Shown piece after piece: positions 38,623 through 53,700 of a stretch of DNA of 64,000 nucleotides (its first letter is position 1; every line of letters starts with the position of its first letter). The notes beneath the pieces were generated by a model that was not told the DNA's origin, did not search any database, and saw nothing but the letters and a program-made list of their open reading frames with translations. The translations under genes and the position numbers were made by a program. Source of the DNA: Azolla caroliniana (Eukaryota > Plantae > Polypodiophyta); NCBI GenBank assembly GCA_043228905.1, contig JBHGNT010000007.1, forward strand, positions 310,001 through 374,000. Direction: 5' to 3'.

Positions 38623-41600
38623 ATGAAGTGGATAAAGAGGTTCTTTAAGGGATCTTCCCATCATAGAATAGGGGAATATGAGACGAGAGATGGTTCTAAT
38701 GATTATCCAGTAAGCTCGTTGATGTTGAAAAGCCATTTCGAAGTTAGTTTACTCATGTAAATATTTGTGTATTTAGAAAATCTTAAATGTTGTAGGATTA
38801 CAAATCTCAAGAACAAGTAGAAGATGAGGAACTTGACCATGCAATTGCTCTCTCCCTCTCTGATGCAGATTGTATGAAAAGTAAGGGTAAATGGTGTTGT
38901 CAATAAAACATATTTATATTGTTTTTTAAGCAAAATGCTTCAAGAAATATCAGCAGTTTTATGATTATCTAAAATGCCTTCGGTGTCTCTTTGTCTCTGA
39001 GGAACTGTGGAATGTTATAACTTAAGAAAATGCTAGATCTCTCTACAGTGGAAATTGACACGAGTTTCCCATGAGAAATTGTTTCCCATTCTGTGCATGA
39101 AGTTTGTTAGGACTATAAATTGGGGTAAATAGCTGAACACAAACAGTAAGCAGGAAAATTAAAGAATGTTGTAGTATTTCTATTTGTACAATGATTTGTA
39201 AGCTTTTTAGTCACTGATTTTCCTGTTGATTCATGAACTTTAGACAGACTGTATAAGTCTTTAAGAGTATTAAATTAAACATAGATTTGCACATTGATTC
39301 ATGAACTTTAGATAGGCCATACAATATATGGAAGTGTTGAGTCTCTCACATACAGTTAATACTTCTTTAGGATTATTCAGTCCATTTTGTAAGGCAAATA
39401 GAATTTTTACGGTCTAATATGAGCTGCAGATGTTGCAATTATTTGATGAAGACTCTAAACGAACGTTCTTGTAATCTTCTTAATTTAAACTTCACTAGGA
39501 TAAAGAAACACTTTTATAAGGTAGGATCTGTACGCATTGATCAAAAGAAATGATTCTTGGCAGATAGGGAAAGGAGCGTGACTTGCTATGAGATGTTTAT
39601 GTAAACAGACTTGAGAAAATAGATTCAGGTATTGGTTATGGGCAGCTGTACTGAAATTATGATTGTTTGTTCCTCTTCTTTCGTAGGTGCTAATTATCCA
39701 CAAGTTGATGGAGATGAAGATTTGGCCAGAGCATTGCAAGAAAGTCTATATCTGGAGGAGTCATCACCTCGTCCAAGTGCTTCAAGAGTACAAAATGTCT
39801 CTGCAGGAAGAAGGTAAAATTCTCACCCTAGCCAGAGTATGTATAACACATTGTGTCTTTGTACCCTACTATCATTTAAAGAATGCAATCTGCGAGATCA
39901 ATGATTTTTAATCAAAGGGAATGTAAACACTTTAAGAAAATTGGCAAAAAAATTAAATTGCATACCAAAAAAGGTGCTGATAAAACTGTGGTGTTGTATG
40001 TAGATCATTTTTATTTTTGCATTGTATCTTCGCTGTTATGATGTTTGAGAATCTTGCTTTTAGGGTATGTGAAGGCTGTAAAGAGGAGATAGGTTACGGA
40101 AGATTTCTCAGCTGCATGGGATCAGTATGGCATCCAAGTTGCTTTCGTTGTTATGCCTGTGGTTCACCGATATCGGATCAGGAGGTCTAAAGCAATCAAA
40201 ATTTACTATTAAAATAACTACCTGGATATCTGAGTGACGAATTGACATTTCCATGCAGTTTTCAATGTCTAGCAGTAATCCATTTCATAAGAGCTGTTAC
40301 AAAGAGCTATTTCATCCAAAATGTGATGTTTGTAAAGAATTTGTAAGTTCCAGCAGCCCCACATGTTAAATATGTATTTCTGTTATCTCATATTATCAGG
40401 GAGCTCTATTGTAATCTCTCTAATGCAATTGTTCTGTCAAACCAGAGGATAATACAAACTATTGTGTGCAGATTCCTACGAACTCTTCTGGGTTGATAGA
40501 GTACCGAGCCCATCCATTCTGGCTACAGAAATACTGTCCTTCACATGAAGTGGATAGCACACCTCGGTGCTGTAGTTGTGAAAGAGTTGAAGTAAGAACA
40601 AACTTACTTTCCAAGATTATTCTTCGAACCATATGGATGTCTAACTGTGCGTGTCTTGGTTTTGGATATTAATAGTCTAAGGATGCTCAGTACATATCTT
40701 TAGAAGATGGACGCAAGTTATGTTTAGAATGCTTAGATTCAGGAATCATGGACACGGGAGAGTGTCAGCCTCTTTATCACGCAATACGTGATTTCTATGC
40801 AGGGATGAACATGCCGCTTGACCAAGAAATCCCAATGCTGCTTGTTCAAAGGGAGGCTTTGAATGAGGCCATGGAGGGAGAAAAGGAGGTAACTTCAAAA
40901 TGAGTGAATACCTGATATTCATGCTACGATTTATAAGTGTGTTGACTAGGGTGGCATATTGCATTACTTGTACACGCAAGGGACATCATCACATGCCAGA
41001 AACAAGAGGCTTGTGTTTGTCGGAGGAGCAGACAGTGAACATAGTAATTCTTTTCACCATCTTGTTTCTTTCTCTTTCATATATAGCACTTGTAGGGTTA
41101 ATGCTAGTGCAAGTGTAACTTTTTAGCAGAATCTTTTTAGCAGAATCCTTGAGAGGCAGTGGATTGATTTAAGGTGTACTTTCTTATCGTTTGAATGAAA
41201 CAGATCTTTCGAAAACCGAAAATTGGTGCTGGTAACAGCATCATAGATATGCGGACCGAGTCACAAAAGCTGACACGTCATTGTGAAGTTACAGCCATAC
41301 TAGTCTTGTATGGCCTTCCAAGGTTGGTAGTAATGCACTTATTCCAAGTCCTCCTATTCAAATTCTGAACTTCCAGATCATTCTGACACGTCACCAGTGT
41401 GAATCTGTAATCTTTCATTTGCTATATCAGTATTGCAGTAAGACTCCATCAGAATTTCCTCTGCGAGCTTTTCAAACTTGGAACAATATGACATACTTAT
41501 TTGGTGTGTTTCTTTGTATATACCAGATTGCTCACAGGGTCAATACTAGCACATGAGCTCATGCATGCATGGCTTCGATTGAATGGTGAGTAGATTTTCC

Positions 41601-41970
41601 CATAACGCCCGTAAAGGAGATTTTGGTATGGCAATTTATATGATGGGAACTCCATTTGGTTTTACCAGGGTTTAGAAATTTACAGCCTGATGTGGAAGAA
41701 GGTATTTGCCAAGTTGTTGCGCATTTGTGGCTTGATTCTGAAGTCACAGCTGGAGCAGGTCCAAGTAGTTCGTCGTCTACTTCTAAACACCATAAAGGAC
41801 CTAAATCATCGGTTGAAAAGAAGCTCGGGGAATTCTTCCTTCATCAAATTGTCATGGATTCGTCACCCATATATGGTGGTGGATTCCGAGCCGGACACGC
41901 ATCGATGCTCCAATTTGGTCTTAGACGGACATTGGAGCACATTAGAATGACAGGAACCTTCCCCGAATAA
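38623..41970 (+). CDS. DA1: DA1/DA1-related (DAR) protein: 2 UIMs, LIM, LIM-like and Zn-peptidase domains. Exons approx: 38623-38709, 38796-38880, 39687-39813, 40064-40184, 40259-40342, 40472-40591, 40676-40888, 40981-41043, 41204-41322, 41527-41585, 41669-41970
   Basis: [11 protein letters not shown] start; UIMs [13 protein letters not shown] and [12 protein letters not shown]; LIM CEGC...[11 protein letters not shown]; [55 protein letters not shown]. All introns GT-AG with matching phases. Exact orthology within the family unknown. Confidence 0.93.
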
Positions 41971-44900
41971 TAAAGGCCTAGGGTAATTACATCATCATCC
42001 CGAGACAATGATTTTATTCCTTGGTGATATAAAAATATCATTATTCTTGATCTTGCATAATAGGAATGAGTCAACCTGCAGAACTGTAACACACAACACA
42101 CATTGACATCTATTAACAGAAGCACTAATTTGTCCCAATGTTGTATTCTTCCTTGAACGTTGTATTTACTGTACCCCTCTGATCAATGGGTCCTATACCG
42201 TATATCATATTGGAAATTTTTGTATGAAAAGCTATGGAAAACAATGGTGTAATCCTGCATAAAATAAAAAAAATTAAGGGTTTTGCAGCTTGAATCAATG
42301 TGTCATTTTATCTCCTACAGCTGCTCAGTTGTCTTGTGTGGCATACTGTGAAGTTAATTTATCAGTATGGTGTGATGAGAAGAGAAGATAACACTGAGTT
42401 TAAACTTGGAATGAAAATATGACTCAGCTTTTTAAGCATAGTATGGAAGGTCAGGCATTGCGGTAGGAAAATTAATCGACCTTCAGGTAATAATTGTATA
42501 TGTATATCATATAAATGTGGAGATAAAATCCAACCGTCATGGATTACAAGATGTGATGGTGGTGGGAACCAAATAACTGTTTGCATCTTGATGTATTGAA
42601 GAATTATGAACATGGCAACTTCAAGACATGTTGAAGTTGAGCACCATTGTCTACTAGTATGAAAAACGCTAGGATCCAAAGGATCTTGATTGGAGTATGA
42701 AACGAGCTCATTAGGCATGGAGTCTAAACAAAAGTTGACTACTAATTGTATGGAAGAAAACCAAAATTTCATATGGTTCTAGGACCATCCTATCACAAGA
42801 AGCCTTGTATGTATAGTGAAAAATCTCACTAAATGCATGCACCATCATTATAAACGTGCAACATGTCATCCTTTCTAAGTATATCTAGACTTTACATAAC
42901 CAATGAACTTCATGGATAATGCTCTTTGCATGGAAATTGTCTTCATATTACGCTGAACCTTTGCCCGAGTTCTTGGTGTTGCAGAAGAAAATTATCTTGT
43001 GACAAATATGACATCCATAAGTCATGCTCCTCATTTTATCCATCTATCACATGCAATTTTGGGATATGGCTTAATAATCTCTACATTGGAAATGCAAGGC
43101 ATACAATCCGTGTGCGTGTACATGCTTGGAACATAGGAGACCTTAAAACACCCCAGGTTTTCAAAAATGTCATTATAGCACACCTTGAATGTATGAAAAG
43201 ACAAGACTTGGAAGGGGTTAATAAAGATTAAATTCATAAAAAGGATGAAGGCGAACATGCGCACAATAATTCACTGTCATTCATCTTGATGACTTATTAG
43301 CTTTGATTTGTTGAGAAACTTAGTTGAGAAAATGTGATCAACGAGGTTGATTACTAGCATTAAAATAATTAGGAAAGAAAGCAAGATAGGCAAGTAGAGT
43401 TGACTTTAGAACAAGCCCATCTAGATGCAAAAAGTTGGAAATTTCAAGGTTTTCAAGCATACGACGGTGATATGGATTTAAAACTAGAAAAACATTTATG
43501 TCAAATATAAGTTATTGAATTTGAGACTTTGTATGTATCTCAAATGGGAAATTTGGGAAAAATGTGAGAAACTTTGTATGTATAAAAAGGAGGATCCAAC
43601 TCATATTTTTTGGAGAGATATAACTTCACGCAATCTTACGAAAGTGTATCTTAGTGGAAGTGTGCGGATTAGAATATTTGCTACTCTTGATGATACATTA
43701 AACTGTTATGCATGCAAAAGTATTTGTGTGAAGGAATCTCAAGCATTGGATATGAAATCCATTTTGTCCCTCTCACATCTATAACAATTATAGGATTCAC
43801 AGGCAATTCTTTTACAAATAAAAACTTGGGAGAGATGCAAAAACATTTTTGTCTTGTATTAGTGGTGGTGGGGGGGGGGGGGGGGCAGAACTAAAGGCTC
43901 TTAAAATTGTAAGGTTTTTGTTTTTTTAAGTCTTTGGTAAGGAGACTTATGGTGAACCTTCTTATAAGGCATTTGGCCAGCCAAGAAGAACGTAGGAAAT
44001 TGAGTTCTCGAAAAGTGAAAGAAAAAACTTTGGAAAAGCAAAAAATAAATAACATTGGAAAATGCTATTTGGAAAAACCATTGTCCTCACCTGTATGTGA
44101 GAGGGCATTCGATGGGCGATGTATACATATGGTGGGTAGAACATAAACAAGTTGTTTAGACAAACTTCTTGGGAGAATATTTTTCAAGAGGAATAAGAGT
44201 TTTTTCTTCCAACCAACAAGAATGCATGGAGCTTTGTAACGACAATCATGGACTCATTGTTATTGATAAAGCCGGATGGGAGATGGCTTTTTGTTCATAG
44301 TACTATTTGATTTCAGCTTGGCTCCTTATGCTTATTGATGATATTCTTTAGTCTTTCATTTTTTAATCCAAACCTCTTGAGCTCTCTATAAACCCTTATA
44401 CATTACTTCACTTTTGATCCTCTATATGTAACTCTCTTCATAGATGTAGTAGTGTTATGTTTGAGGTTTGTAGTTGGTTATGTGGTAAATAATAAAAAAG
44501 AAATCGGCAATATCTCCTTATGTGACAATGTTTACATATCATAGACTGCATGCACACTCTAAACTCTCACACATAAACTCTAAGAGTCACTTTGAACTTG
44601 AGAATTTAATAAAGGGTATGGTTAGTATATCATATTCTAAATTCCCTGTAAGTTCATATTCTAAATTCCCTGTAACTCTCTTCGTAAGTTCACTTTGAAC
44701 ATGCACGTGTTGGGAAAGAACCAATTAAGTATGACAACATAAACACACAAGGAATTAGCCAATTAAGTAAGTTGAGAACATAACAATATAAATATATCAA
44801 TGGAAAAAAAACAATGAGATATTGCATGTTGATTATAAGAAGAACCAATCCCTTTCGAGGTTATGGTTGCTTGTGACGAAAGGTCATGAGTTGTAAAGGG

Positions 44901-47039
44901 TGATGTGACAACCTTTAGAAACTTTAGATGTATCCCCCAACAATGCATGATACAAAAAATCTCATACAGTTAACCTTTTCTTTTCCTTATTGACGGAGAA
45001 AAGTGGGTCTTTCTCTTCGTCCTTCTGTGATGCAACATAAACCTAACTTGACAGGTTGGACGAGGTAGTTTTAACTCAAACCCCACTTAGCTAGAAGCAT
45101 GCATTCCTTGGTTGGCCCCAACATGGATGCTAGAAATCCATTATCTTTCTTTCACGTGGGTTGGAGGGCAACCAAACTATCTAGGATTGCATTATGACAC
45201 AATACAATTTGTAAAAAGAGTAACATTCATAACATTCATGAGGAAAATCATTTGGACTCAAAAGAGACATTATTATAAGTGTAACCACTAAAACAAGGAC
45301 TTCGAGCCTTTAGAAAGATGGGTGGTTTGCTTTATCTTTCTTTGCTAACCCTCTTCCTCTCCTTGTCAATGTACACTCCCAATTACAAAGTTCACTAGTT
45401 AAATTCTTGAATATTGAAAGTCAATCTTCAATTCGACACACGCTTTATGAAAATGGTTCACTTTTGGTTCCATAAGTCATATTTTATCTCCAAGGATGAT
45501 AATAAAATTTCTCTATTATATCTCTCTCTCTCTCTCTCTACGCGTTGTCTTTGTAGCCATCTATTTCTAACTGTAAGGTCCAAAAAGTGATATTTATGAA
45601 GCCATTACACAAGGAGAAAAGTATGAGTGTACAAAGATTTCAAACTAAAAGATGAATAAGTAACATTAAACACATGACTTTACACTAATACCCCACAATC
45701 TTTAGGCTATACAATATGAGGTTTACCACTAGATATAAATTTATTTTTGTAATTGCAACATTGGATGAACATATAGATACAATGTGCTAAGTTTTGTTTT
45801 TAACAAGGAGAAATACTTTGACTTGCTATTATCGTGGTATGGAAAACAAAACAAAGGAAAAGGGACACATAAAAGTATTGGAAAACACATATATTGAGGT
45901 GTCATATATATCAACATCTAAGTTATCATTGATTGCCAGTCTGGAAATAAGTAGGATGTGGGTTTTCTATGTTTCCCCTGGAGTAAGGGGTCCGCGTCCC
46001 TCATCCTCAAACCTCTCTCACACAGACACACTCACTTATTATTTTTATTTCTTTCAGGAAAGTAGTGTATGTATTGAAACAATACGACAATACAACTTGT
46101 CCCTACAACAGTGAGAATAACATTGACAAGGTAAAACAATCTAGGTTGTAAGATTGGGTCACATCAAGGCAACCCCTTGGAGGACAAATTGAATCAAACT
46201 GCCATTTTGTTTAAGAACTTGTTGTGTTGCTCCATGGAGATCATCAAACAATAACTCGTTCTCATATTTGAATTGTACCATAAACCCCAATACCTGATCT
46301 AATCAAACACCCTCTTACATGATTGAGAGGGAAAATGAACCACCCCCATTGAAAATGTGACAAATTATCGTAGTTAATGTTGTCAAACATTGTGACTAAA
46401 CAATCCAACTATATTTGGTAATTTGCATGCAAGGAATTTGTGCCTACCATCGTCCTTAATCTCTATATTGAAAAGAACAGTCCAATCTAAAATATTGGTG
46501 TTTTAAAGCCCCTACAAAAGGCAAACCTACCCAAATTTTAATGGAAGATTATCTCCATCATATATCCAACAATTGATGCCACCATCATATAATGTGTTGT
46601 GCAAATGACATCTTCATTATGAACTAACCTCTATCTTCTATAAAATTATTATAGACGTAATCAACGTGCATTGGAGAATCCATTTTCTTTTATCAACTAG
46701 TCAATCTTCCCACTATTTATCCACAAAATTCGAATGTACACAACACTAAAATAATAATTGCCCATCATTACTAGCTCAAGCTTTGCCAAACATTTGTGTT
46801 CATGTTAGAGACATCCTTTCCCATCCCAATACATAGATTATAAAGATATAAATCTCTCTCTCTCTCTCTCTCTCATTTTTGTGATTTACATTGTAGATTC
46901 AAAGTCCTAACTTAGAGAGAAATTAATTTTGCTTCTCACATTGTCCCATAAATCATAATTGATCTACAGTGGATGTTATTTGAGACTAGGGTTGACCAAC
47001 TCCGCAAGTTATGCGAAGGAGAGGTGGAAATTAAGGGGC

Positions 47040-47620
47040 GTTTTCATGTGAATTTGCTCAAACTACAATCACACTTGAGAGACATGCGTTGTGGTTCTTC
47101 GGTATTGTACACCACCATTCAATTCATGGGAGAAGGTTGACCTCTGGAACTTTGGCCAAATTATTCAACTGTTCTTCAAAACCTAGGGAATTAGGTCTTA
47201 TCATTACATGTAGGATACAATGACACTTGCATCATTAACTTTTCCATAGGCTTGCACCTATGTGGACAAACATATTGAGTGAGTAGATTATTAAAGACCA
47301 CAAGTATTGGTATATAGGCATGCAGATGGGCCACATTGGTCATGGAGATCGTTGCTCATCGTGTTTAAGTAATGCAAAAATACCCAAATTCAATCAATGA
47401 ACTTCATCATAGCATTGTTCCACTACCCCAACCAACATTGCATACCATGTGCCTTGTCTCATTTGTACAAGCTATGCAATCCATGCAAAACTAACTTAGG
47501 AAGCACTACCAAGTGTAATGCCACCTCATGCACTAAAATCATTTCCAAGGACTTTTGGGGAAACCTATGACCTAGAAGTTTTGGCTTCATATGCATAATG
47601 TGTGTTCACCCATTTTTCTA
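47040..47620 (-). mobile_element. Decayed Ty1/copia integrase-like remnant
   Basis: Faint ordered motifs on the - strand (CIAC, CGP, GVQYRRTT) in broken frames. Confidence 0.3.
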
Positions 47621-49665
47621 ATCATGATTTGTTTCGTAGGCCCAATTTGGCATCTAGTAGATAGTAAGATATATTTCGTTCTTCCTCAATCAATCAACCT
47701 TTCCCTTGATAGTTATCATGGTGGTTCCTTGAATACTAATGATTTTGCATATGTCTAATCAATTTTTCATGAAATGAGGTAATACAAAAAATTTAAGCTC
47801 CCATTTCTCTCTCTCTCTCTTAAAAGTAATACAACAAAGTTGAACACATAATTCTACTAGTGGTAGAAGTCTCTTTTGCACATATTTTACATATTCAGCC
47901 ATTTACCGTGAATAGTGTGGCACCAATAGTTATTGATTCAATTTCACAATGACAAAAAAGTGCAAAGTTCCATGCATGTTATGTGGTGAAAACAGCCACA
48001 TAGCCTAGAATGTATATCCCCAATGACATTCTCATCAAATTTCTGACCTCTTTTTTTCTTCCACCATGTTGCTCTCCACGGTTCAAACTCTAAGCCTATA
48101 TCTTTCCTTCCATGTCCTTCCCTCTTGATTTATATGCTTATCATCTCACTGTTGTTTCTTCAAATTTTGGTTAGAATCTACATTTGATCTCCAAGACAAT
48201 CTATACCTACATTTTCTCAATAGGTCCATCTCTCTTGCTCTCTATTCGTGTTGTCCATCTTCAAATCCTCTATATTTAAGCCCATATCTCCTCTATAGAT
48301 GTGTATCTACCATATTATTTAAAGTTGAAATAAGGTTTCACCAACTATGTGGGAGAAATAGAGTCAAAGAAATATTACATCTACATACATATGTACTATA
48401 ATACTATGATATCCAAGAGGGATAACGTGGTCGATTTCAAGAGGGATTTGGACCATTATATCATATCATACATTTTGTAACTAAAAGAGTTTGGGATTCT
48501 TTTCAGAGGTACTTCATAGATGTAGATCAACCATATTGAAGTACATGACACTACAATTCATCAACACGGCAAATTGATTTTAGATTGCGTCCCTTACTTA
48601 CCACAAGGCCCACAAACTCACTTACGCACAAATAGAGTACACGGGACCACTACGGAAAGAAAGAGACTACTTTAGAAAGAGTTAAAGTACTTAGGTGCAT
48701 TAGATGCCCAAGATTTAAACAAGAGAAGAATGAAGGGTTCACTTCATAAAACATATAAGCGCAATAGTGGGAATGATGAGAGGCTTGAGTAGGGACTCCT
48801 CAAACACAAACATGGGCATCTCTCATGGGGTTTTGAATGGATCAATATGACCAAATTTGCTCTTTCTCTTTTTAGTTTTGATTTTGCTAAATTTCATTTC
48901 TCAAAGAAGCAAAAAACTTGTAAGATGCACATTGCTTTCATCTCATATGCCAATGTCAACTTCTACGTTTTGTCTTTCTTTGTAGTGGCAATCCTATTCT
49001 CCTTCTAGTTCTCTATGTTACTTTTCTTATTGTAATTAGCTTACTCTATTGGCATGTTGTTAAACTACTAATCTTAGGCATTGGGTTAAAGCTTTAACTG
49101 TCACACCTCTATATTGCAAGAAAAATATTTTTCCTAATTTACTAGATGCCATTGTGGAATTTAAGGGTTGAATAATCTGCTAGTTGTCGTTGAGGAATGT
49201 AGTTGCCTTCTAGTGTCCAACAACCTTATTAGCTATTAGCAATGGTTTGGGAGTCTCAAATTCAAAAAGTTAAAAAAATTTGAAACTTAAAACGAGGTGA
49301 ACTAAACCACAAAACCATTTTACCAGAAATGGTTCAAACCGAACTATTATATCAATTTCCAAGCTGAACCAAATGGTTCTAGAGATTTACAAATTGTTAA
49401 GCCACGGTTTCTTGGTTGGTTTTAGTTTCTATGTAGACCAAATTATTTGTCACTAAGTGCTTGTACGATAAATTTTTCAAAGATGCATTTTTATTATTGA
49501 AATGCACTTAATTCTAATACTTGAACCATTTAAACTATTACTCCTGATAAAGGCTCAAACCGAAACGAACCGTTGAACCCCCAAACTGAACCGAATTGTT
49601 TATATCGTTAAGCTAGTAAAGCATGATTTATGGGTTTGGTTTTGTTCAAAGCCGAATTGTTGCCA

Positions 49666-49976
49666 ATTGCTAAACTTTACCAACTAAGGTACATGCACCT
49701 AATCTCTCAATTGCTAAACTTTACCAACTAAGCTACATGCACCTAATCTCTCCCTCTCTGGTAATTAGCTTACCTTATTGGTAAGTTGTTACACTACATG
49801 CCACTATGTCTTAGGTTCGAAACCCAATTTTACTCACATCTTTATCATATATTTCATACGTATCTCTTAATTTGGTAGATGCCACACTGGAATGTCTCTC
49901 TCTGTCTCGAACCCAATTTTACTCACCTCTCTATCATATACTTATCTCTTAATTCACTAGATGCCATTGTGGAATG
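49666..49976 (-). repeat. Cluster of partial copies of the SINE-like repeat
   Basis: Two 44-bp units carrying the head-1 A box (49666-49752), then partial copies at 49761-49894 (with GGTTCGAAACCC) and 49906-49976, each separated by (CT)n. Confidence 0.7.
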
Positions 49977-49994
49977 TCTCTCTCTCTCTCTCTG

Positions 49995-50198
49995 GTAATT
50001 AGCTTACCCTATTGGTAAGGTATGTTACACTAAATGTCACTATTTCTTGGGTTTGAAACCTAATTTTACTCACCTCTCTATTATATACTTCATATTTATC
50101 TCTTAAAATTCACTAGATGCCACTGTGGAATGTAAGGGTTGAACCCATGACCTCCTGGTCTCCATTGGGCAACCTTACCAACTGAGCTACATCCATTT

Positions 50199-50202
<4 letters not shown>
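49995..50202 (-). mobile_element. tRNA-derived SINE-like repeat with two heads (copy B)
   Basis: Reverse complement aligns over the full length with 19222-19423; (TC)n on both sides. Confidence 0.8.
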
Positions 50203-50234
<32 letters not shown>

Positions 50235-50504
50235 ATTGCTTATCAGTATAAAGCTATCTTATCATTGGTTCTAACTCTAGAATCTCTTTCTCTTCTGATG
50301 GTTGCACATCAAGAGTTAGGCCTACTATATGTATATCACACCATTATTCAATAGGAAGAGTTGGTTGTGGGCATATCCAGTCAAGTGGGGGGTCGGCAAT
50401 CGATATGTACTCTATTACATTGCCCATGTTTACTTTCGTTGGAATATACACACTAAGAATCAATCACTAAATGGGATGATATGAAAGCAGTACCCCATTT
50501 TTGT

Positions 50505-50567
50505 TGTAAACCAATTGTCTCATGGGCCAATTTTGGTCTTAGAAGATGTTAATATTTCTTTCTTTCT
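50505..50567 (+). repeat. 63-bp direct repeat of the LINE 3' terminus (partner 56092-56154)
   Basis: TGTAAACCAATTGTCTCATGGGCCAATTTTGGTCTTAGAAGA(T/C)GTTAATAT(T/A)TCTTTCTTTCT, 2 mismatches. Confidence 0.9.
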
Positions 50568-50754
50568 TTCTTTTCTAATGGAGTACAGAAAGAATCAATC
50601 AATAGGGAAGAAGAAGAGGAAGGACCCTTCATACGACATACATACTACTCTACCTATACATACATACATACTACTCTACCTATATATACATACATACATA
50701 CTACTCTACATATACATACATGCATACGTACATACATACATACTACTCTACCAT

Positions 50755-53700
50755 TGATGTCGTTGCTGTCAATTGCTGATGTTGTTGTCGTTGTCGACTG
50801 TAATCGTTGCCACCATCGCCTACGCCTCTGACGTCGTTGGTTGAGTAAACAAGAGAGCGCATCTTCTTGTAAGTGGCACGCAAGGTCTTTTTTCTGGCGG
50901 CTTGATTGCGAGCTCAAGAAGTGAATGACATGGATGAGACATCTACTGATGCTCGGCTAAGTTGTCTGTCCTTTTCTTTTTCTTCTATCTTTTGAATTAC
51001 AACATGACTTCTAAACGAACTAAAGACCATAAGGAAATACACAAAGAAACTATAAGGAAGAATTCTTAGATGTCTTTAATCGTTTAGTTAAAATAGAAAA
51101 ATGGGCAAAAGAGATCGAATCTCAAAAGCAAAAAGATAAGGAAGAAAAAGAGATGCTTATAGTTGAAATAGCGAAACTCAAAATATAAAACATGAACCTT
51201 CAGAAACAAGTTAATGACCTCAAGACCTCTACGGAAGATGGTGAAATATCCTCCCTAGAGGATATTAAGGACAAGATTAAAAAGGTTAATAAGCAAGAGG
51301 TAAGAAGCGACATGGAATTAGTGAAAACCGGTTGGGTCGATGTAGTAAAACGTAACATTAAAAAGGAACCAAAGGAATAAAATATTGTAAACACTACCCT
51401 TGAGGAAGAGAAAATGCGTCAAGCTCAACGCCTAAATGTACGTGTCACTGGGCTCAAGGAAGGGGCATCTACCGACGAATATGCACAAACACTTAGGAAA
51501 ATGTTAGGGTACACAGAGGTCCTACCAATCACCAAAACTTGAAGGGTCAGACGTGACACTACTAGGAAGAGAGCTTTACTCCTTTAGTTTAAAGACTTGG
51601 AATCTAGAATTTGAGAAGAGACCAATTCTTCAAGGATTAGGCGGGGACCCTATCTACCTAGATGAAGACCTCACCAAGATGCAAATTGAGAACTTGTATG
51701 CCGCGAGTCATACAAGCTCGTAAAGAAGGGCATCACGCCTTTTACTGAGATGAACGAATGCTAATAAATGATCGTGCCACCAATTGACGACGTGTGGCTG
51801 ATGTGACATACAGTAAAACTAGGATGACTTTATGGAATTGTAACGGTGCACTTTGGACACACCCTGGCCATCTAGAGGAGATTTTAAAGGTATCTGATAT
51901 ACTTTTCTTAGTAGAAACACATCAAAGCCCAAATAGAGGACTGCCACGAGTTGAAGGTTTTCATTGGGAATCTGTCTTTAGAAAAACCTCACATCGACAC
52001 ACTACTAGAGGGTTTAGAGTGGTTGCAATACTATTTTGGAGAGAGATACATAAAGAGGATAGAAATACTAAAAACAGACCTAGAAGCCCGTTTTATCCCC
52101 GTTTTATGTGGGTGAAAGTCCTCACTAGCAAGGATCATGCAATATTTATCGTCGTTTGTTACTTCCCCCCGAAAGGATGCCAGTATAATATGGCTGGAGA
52201 GGCGAGTATAGTTGATGAAGGAGCACCACATGGGCCTTCTCCATACAAACCTTTATCGGATGACATAATCCAATATTCTTCTCAATGGGAAGTCTTCCTC
52301 GTACGAGATTTCAATGCGGGAACCCAATCCCGACAATGCACAATATTTCAAATGGATAAAAACCTAGAAATGGTAAATGTCGACCCTTTAGTCATATGCA
52401 TCACACATAGATCAAAAGATCAAGGTGCGGACGCCACAAACTTTGGCCATCATTTGCGTGAACTTGGAAATCGACACTAGATGATCATATATAATGGTTT
52501 AGCCAAGTGGCTGGGCTCGGAAGAGCTCACATGTTTCCCACATGGAGGAGGGGAAAGCACAATTGACTACCTAATAGAACACCTTGAAGCTACCCACATG
52601 ATTAACTCCTTCCGGGTGGCCCCATGCCCTATTGGTGCAAACCATAGCTTTTAGAGCTTAGCTACTAATGTAAGCATATGATAACGATAAAAGATAGATA
52701 AATAAGAAAGGAGAGTGAGAAAGAAGGATGTCGATCCACCCAACCACCCCCGAGCGAAGGGATCGAGATGGACTTGAGCCTCGATCGGCGTCCCATACCA
52801 CTGCCGTGGCGTCGAGTCGTACCTGGTGTTGGTGTGCTCGCTACAAGAGTTGACCCACCATAATGTCAGAGTCTCGACGCAGTCGATAATGTGTCAAATG
52901 AGGGTAGCTAGGCCTCATATTTATAACTAGACCTAAGGCCCCCAAGCAAGTTCACACTTGGCCTAATGGGGTGTCTCAATCATGAGGATTAAAAGTAATC
53001 CTCCCCTTCTTTACACTCTCGTTTAACCCTCACACTTTATCCAGATGTATAGAATACTACGGTAAATTCTCACGGGATATTATATGGTCATGCCCGTAAC
53101 AATAGCTTCCTATACTTTGAGCTAAAATGTGACACCACCAACTCTAGTCAATCAAACCATCACACCACAATACATTTCACACATGAGCTCTCTGACATCT
53201 ACTCCCGACATGTTCAAGCCCATCTCTCCTCTCTTGATTCTTCCAGGTGCCTTTAGAGAACCTCACTATAGAAGTCACATGCATCCTTCACTCAACAACA
53301 ATTAGTAGCTTCCCATACATGAAATACTCCAATCACTGTAGAATAGGGTCTATGCCACAAAATAGGTGGTATGATGAGGATTGTAGAGACTTGTATAGAC
53401 AACTTAAAGTGTTGCGACTTAGTGGTACTATATCCTCAATACATGCTCGCAAAGAGATGCGCAAGATGACACGTCATAAAATATGAGCTTGGGAAGCATC
53501 TCAATATTGGGAGCTCTACCACATGCTCATGAGTAGGGACTGCACCCTTGCATGGAAGAGACTACGGGAAGCGAGACCACAAACACCCATCGAGGATCCC
53601 AACACTTGGCACACATATACAAAGAGACTCTACCACATCCCGAACCAACCACCCATTCCAATGCCTTCCACACCTCAACCTACCATGGGGAATCTTTTTA

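Noticed and set aside
42360-46900. Hidden gene in short ORFs downstream of DA1
   Set aside because: No coherent exon chain or recognisable domain; looks like old TE debris I cannot classify by eye.
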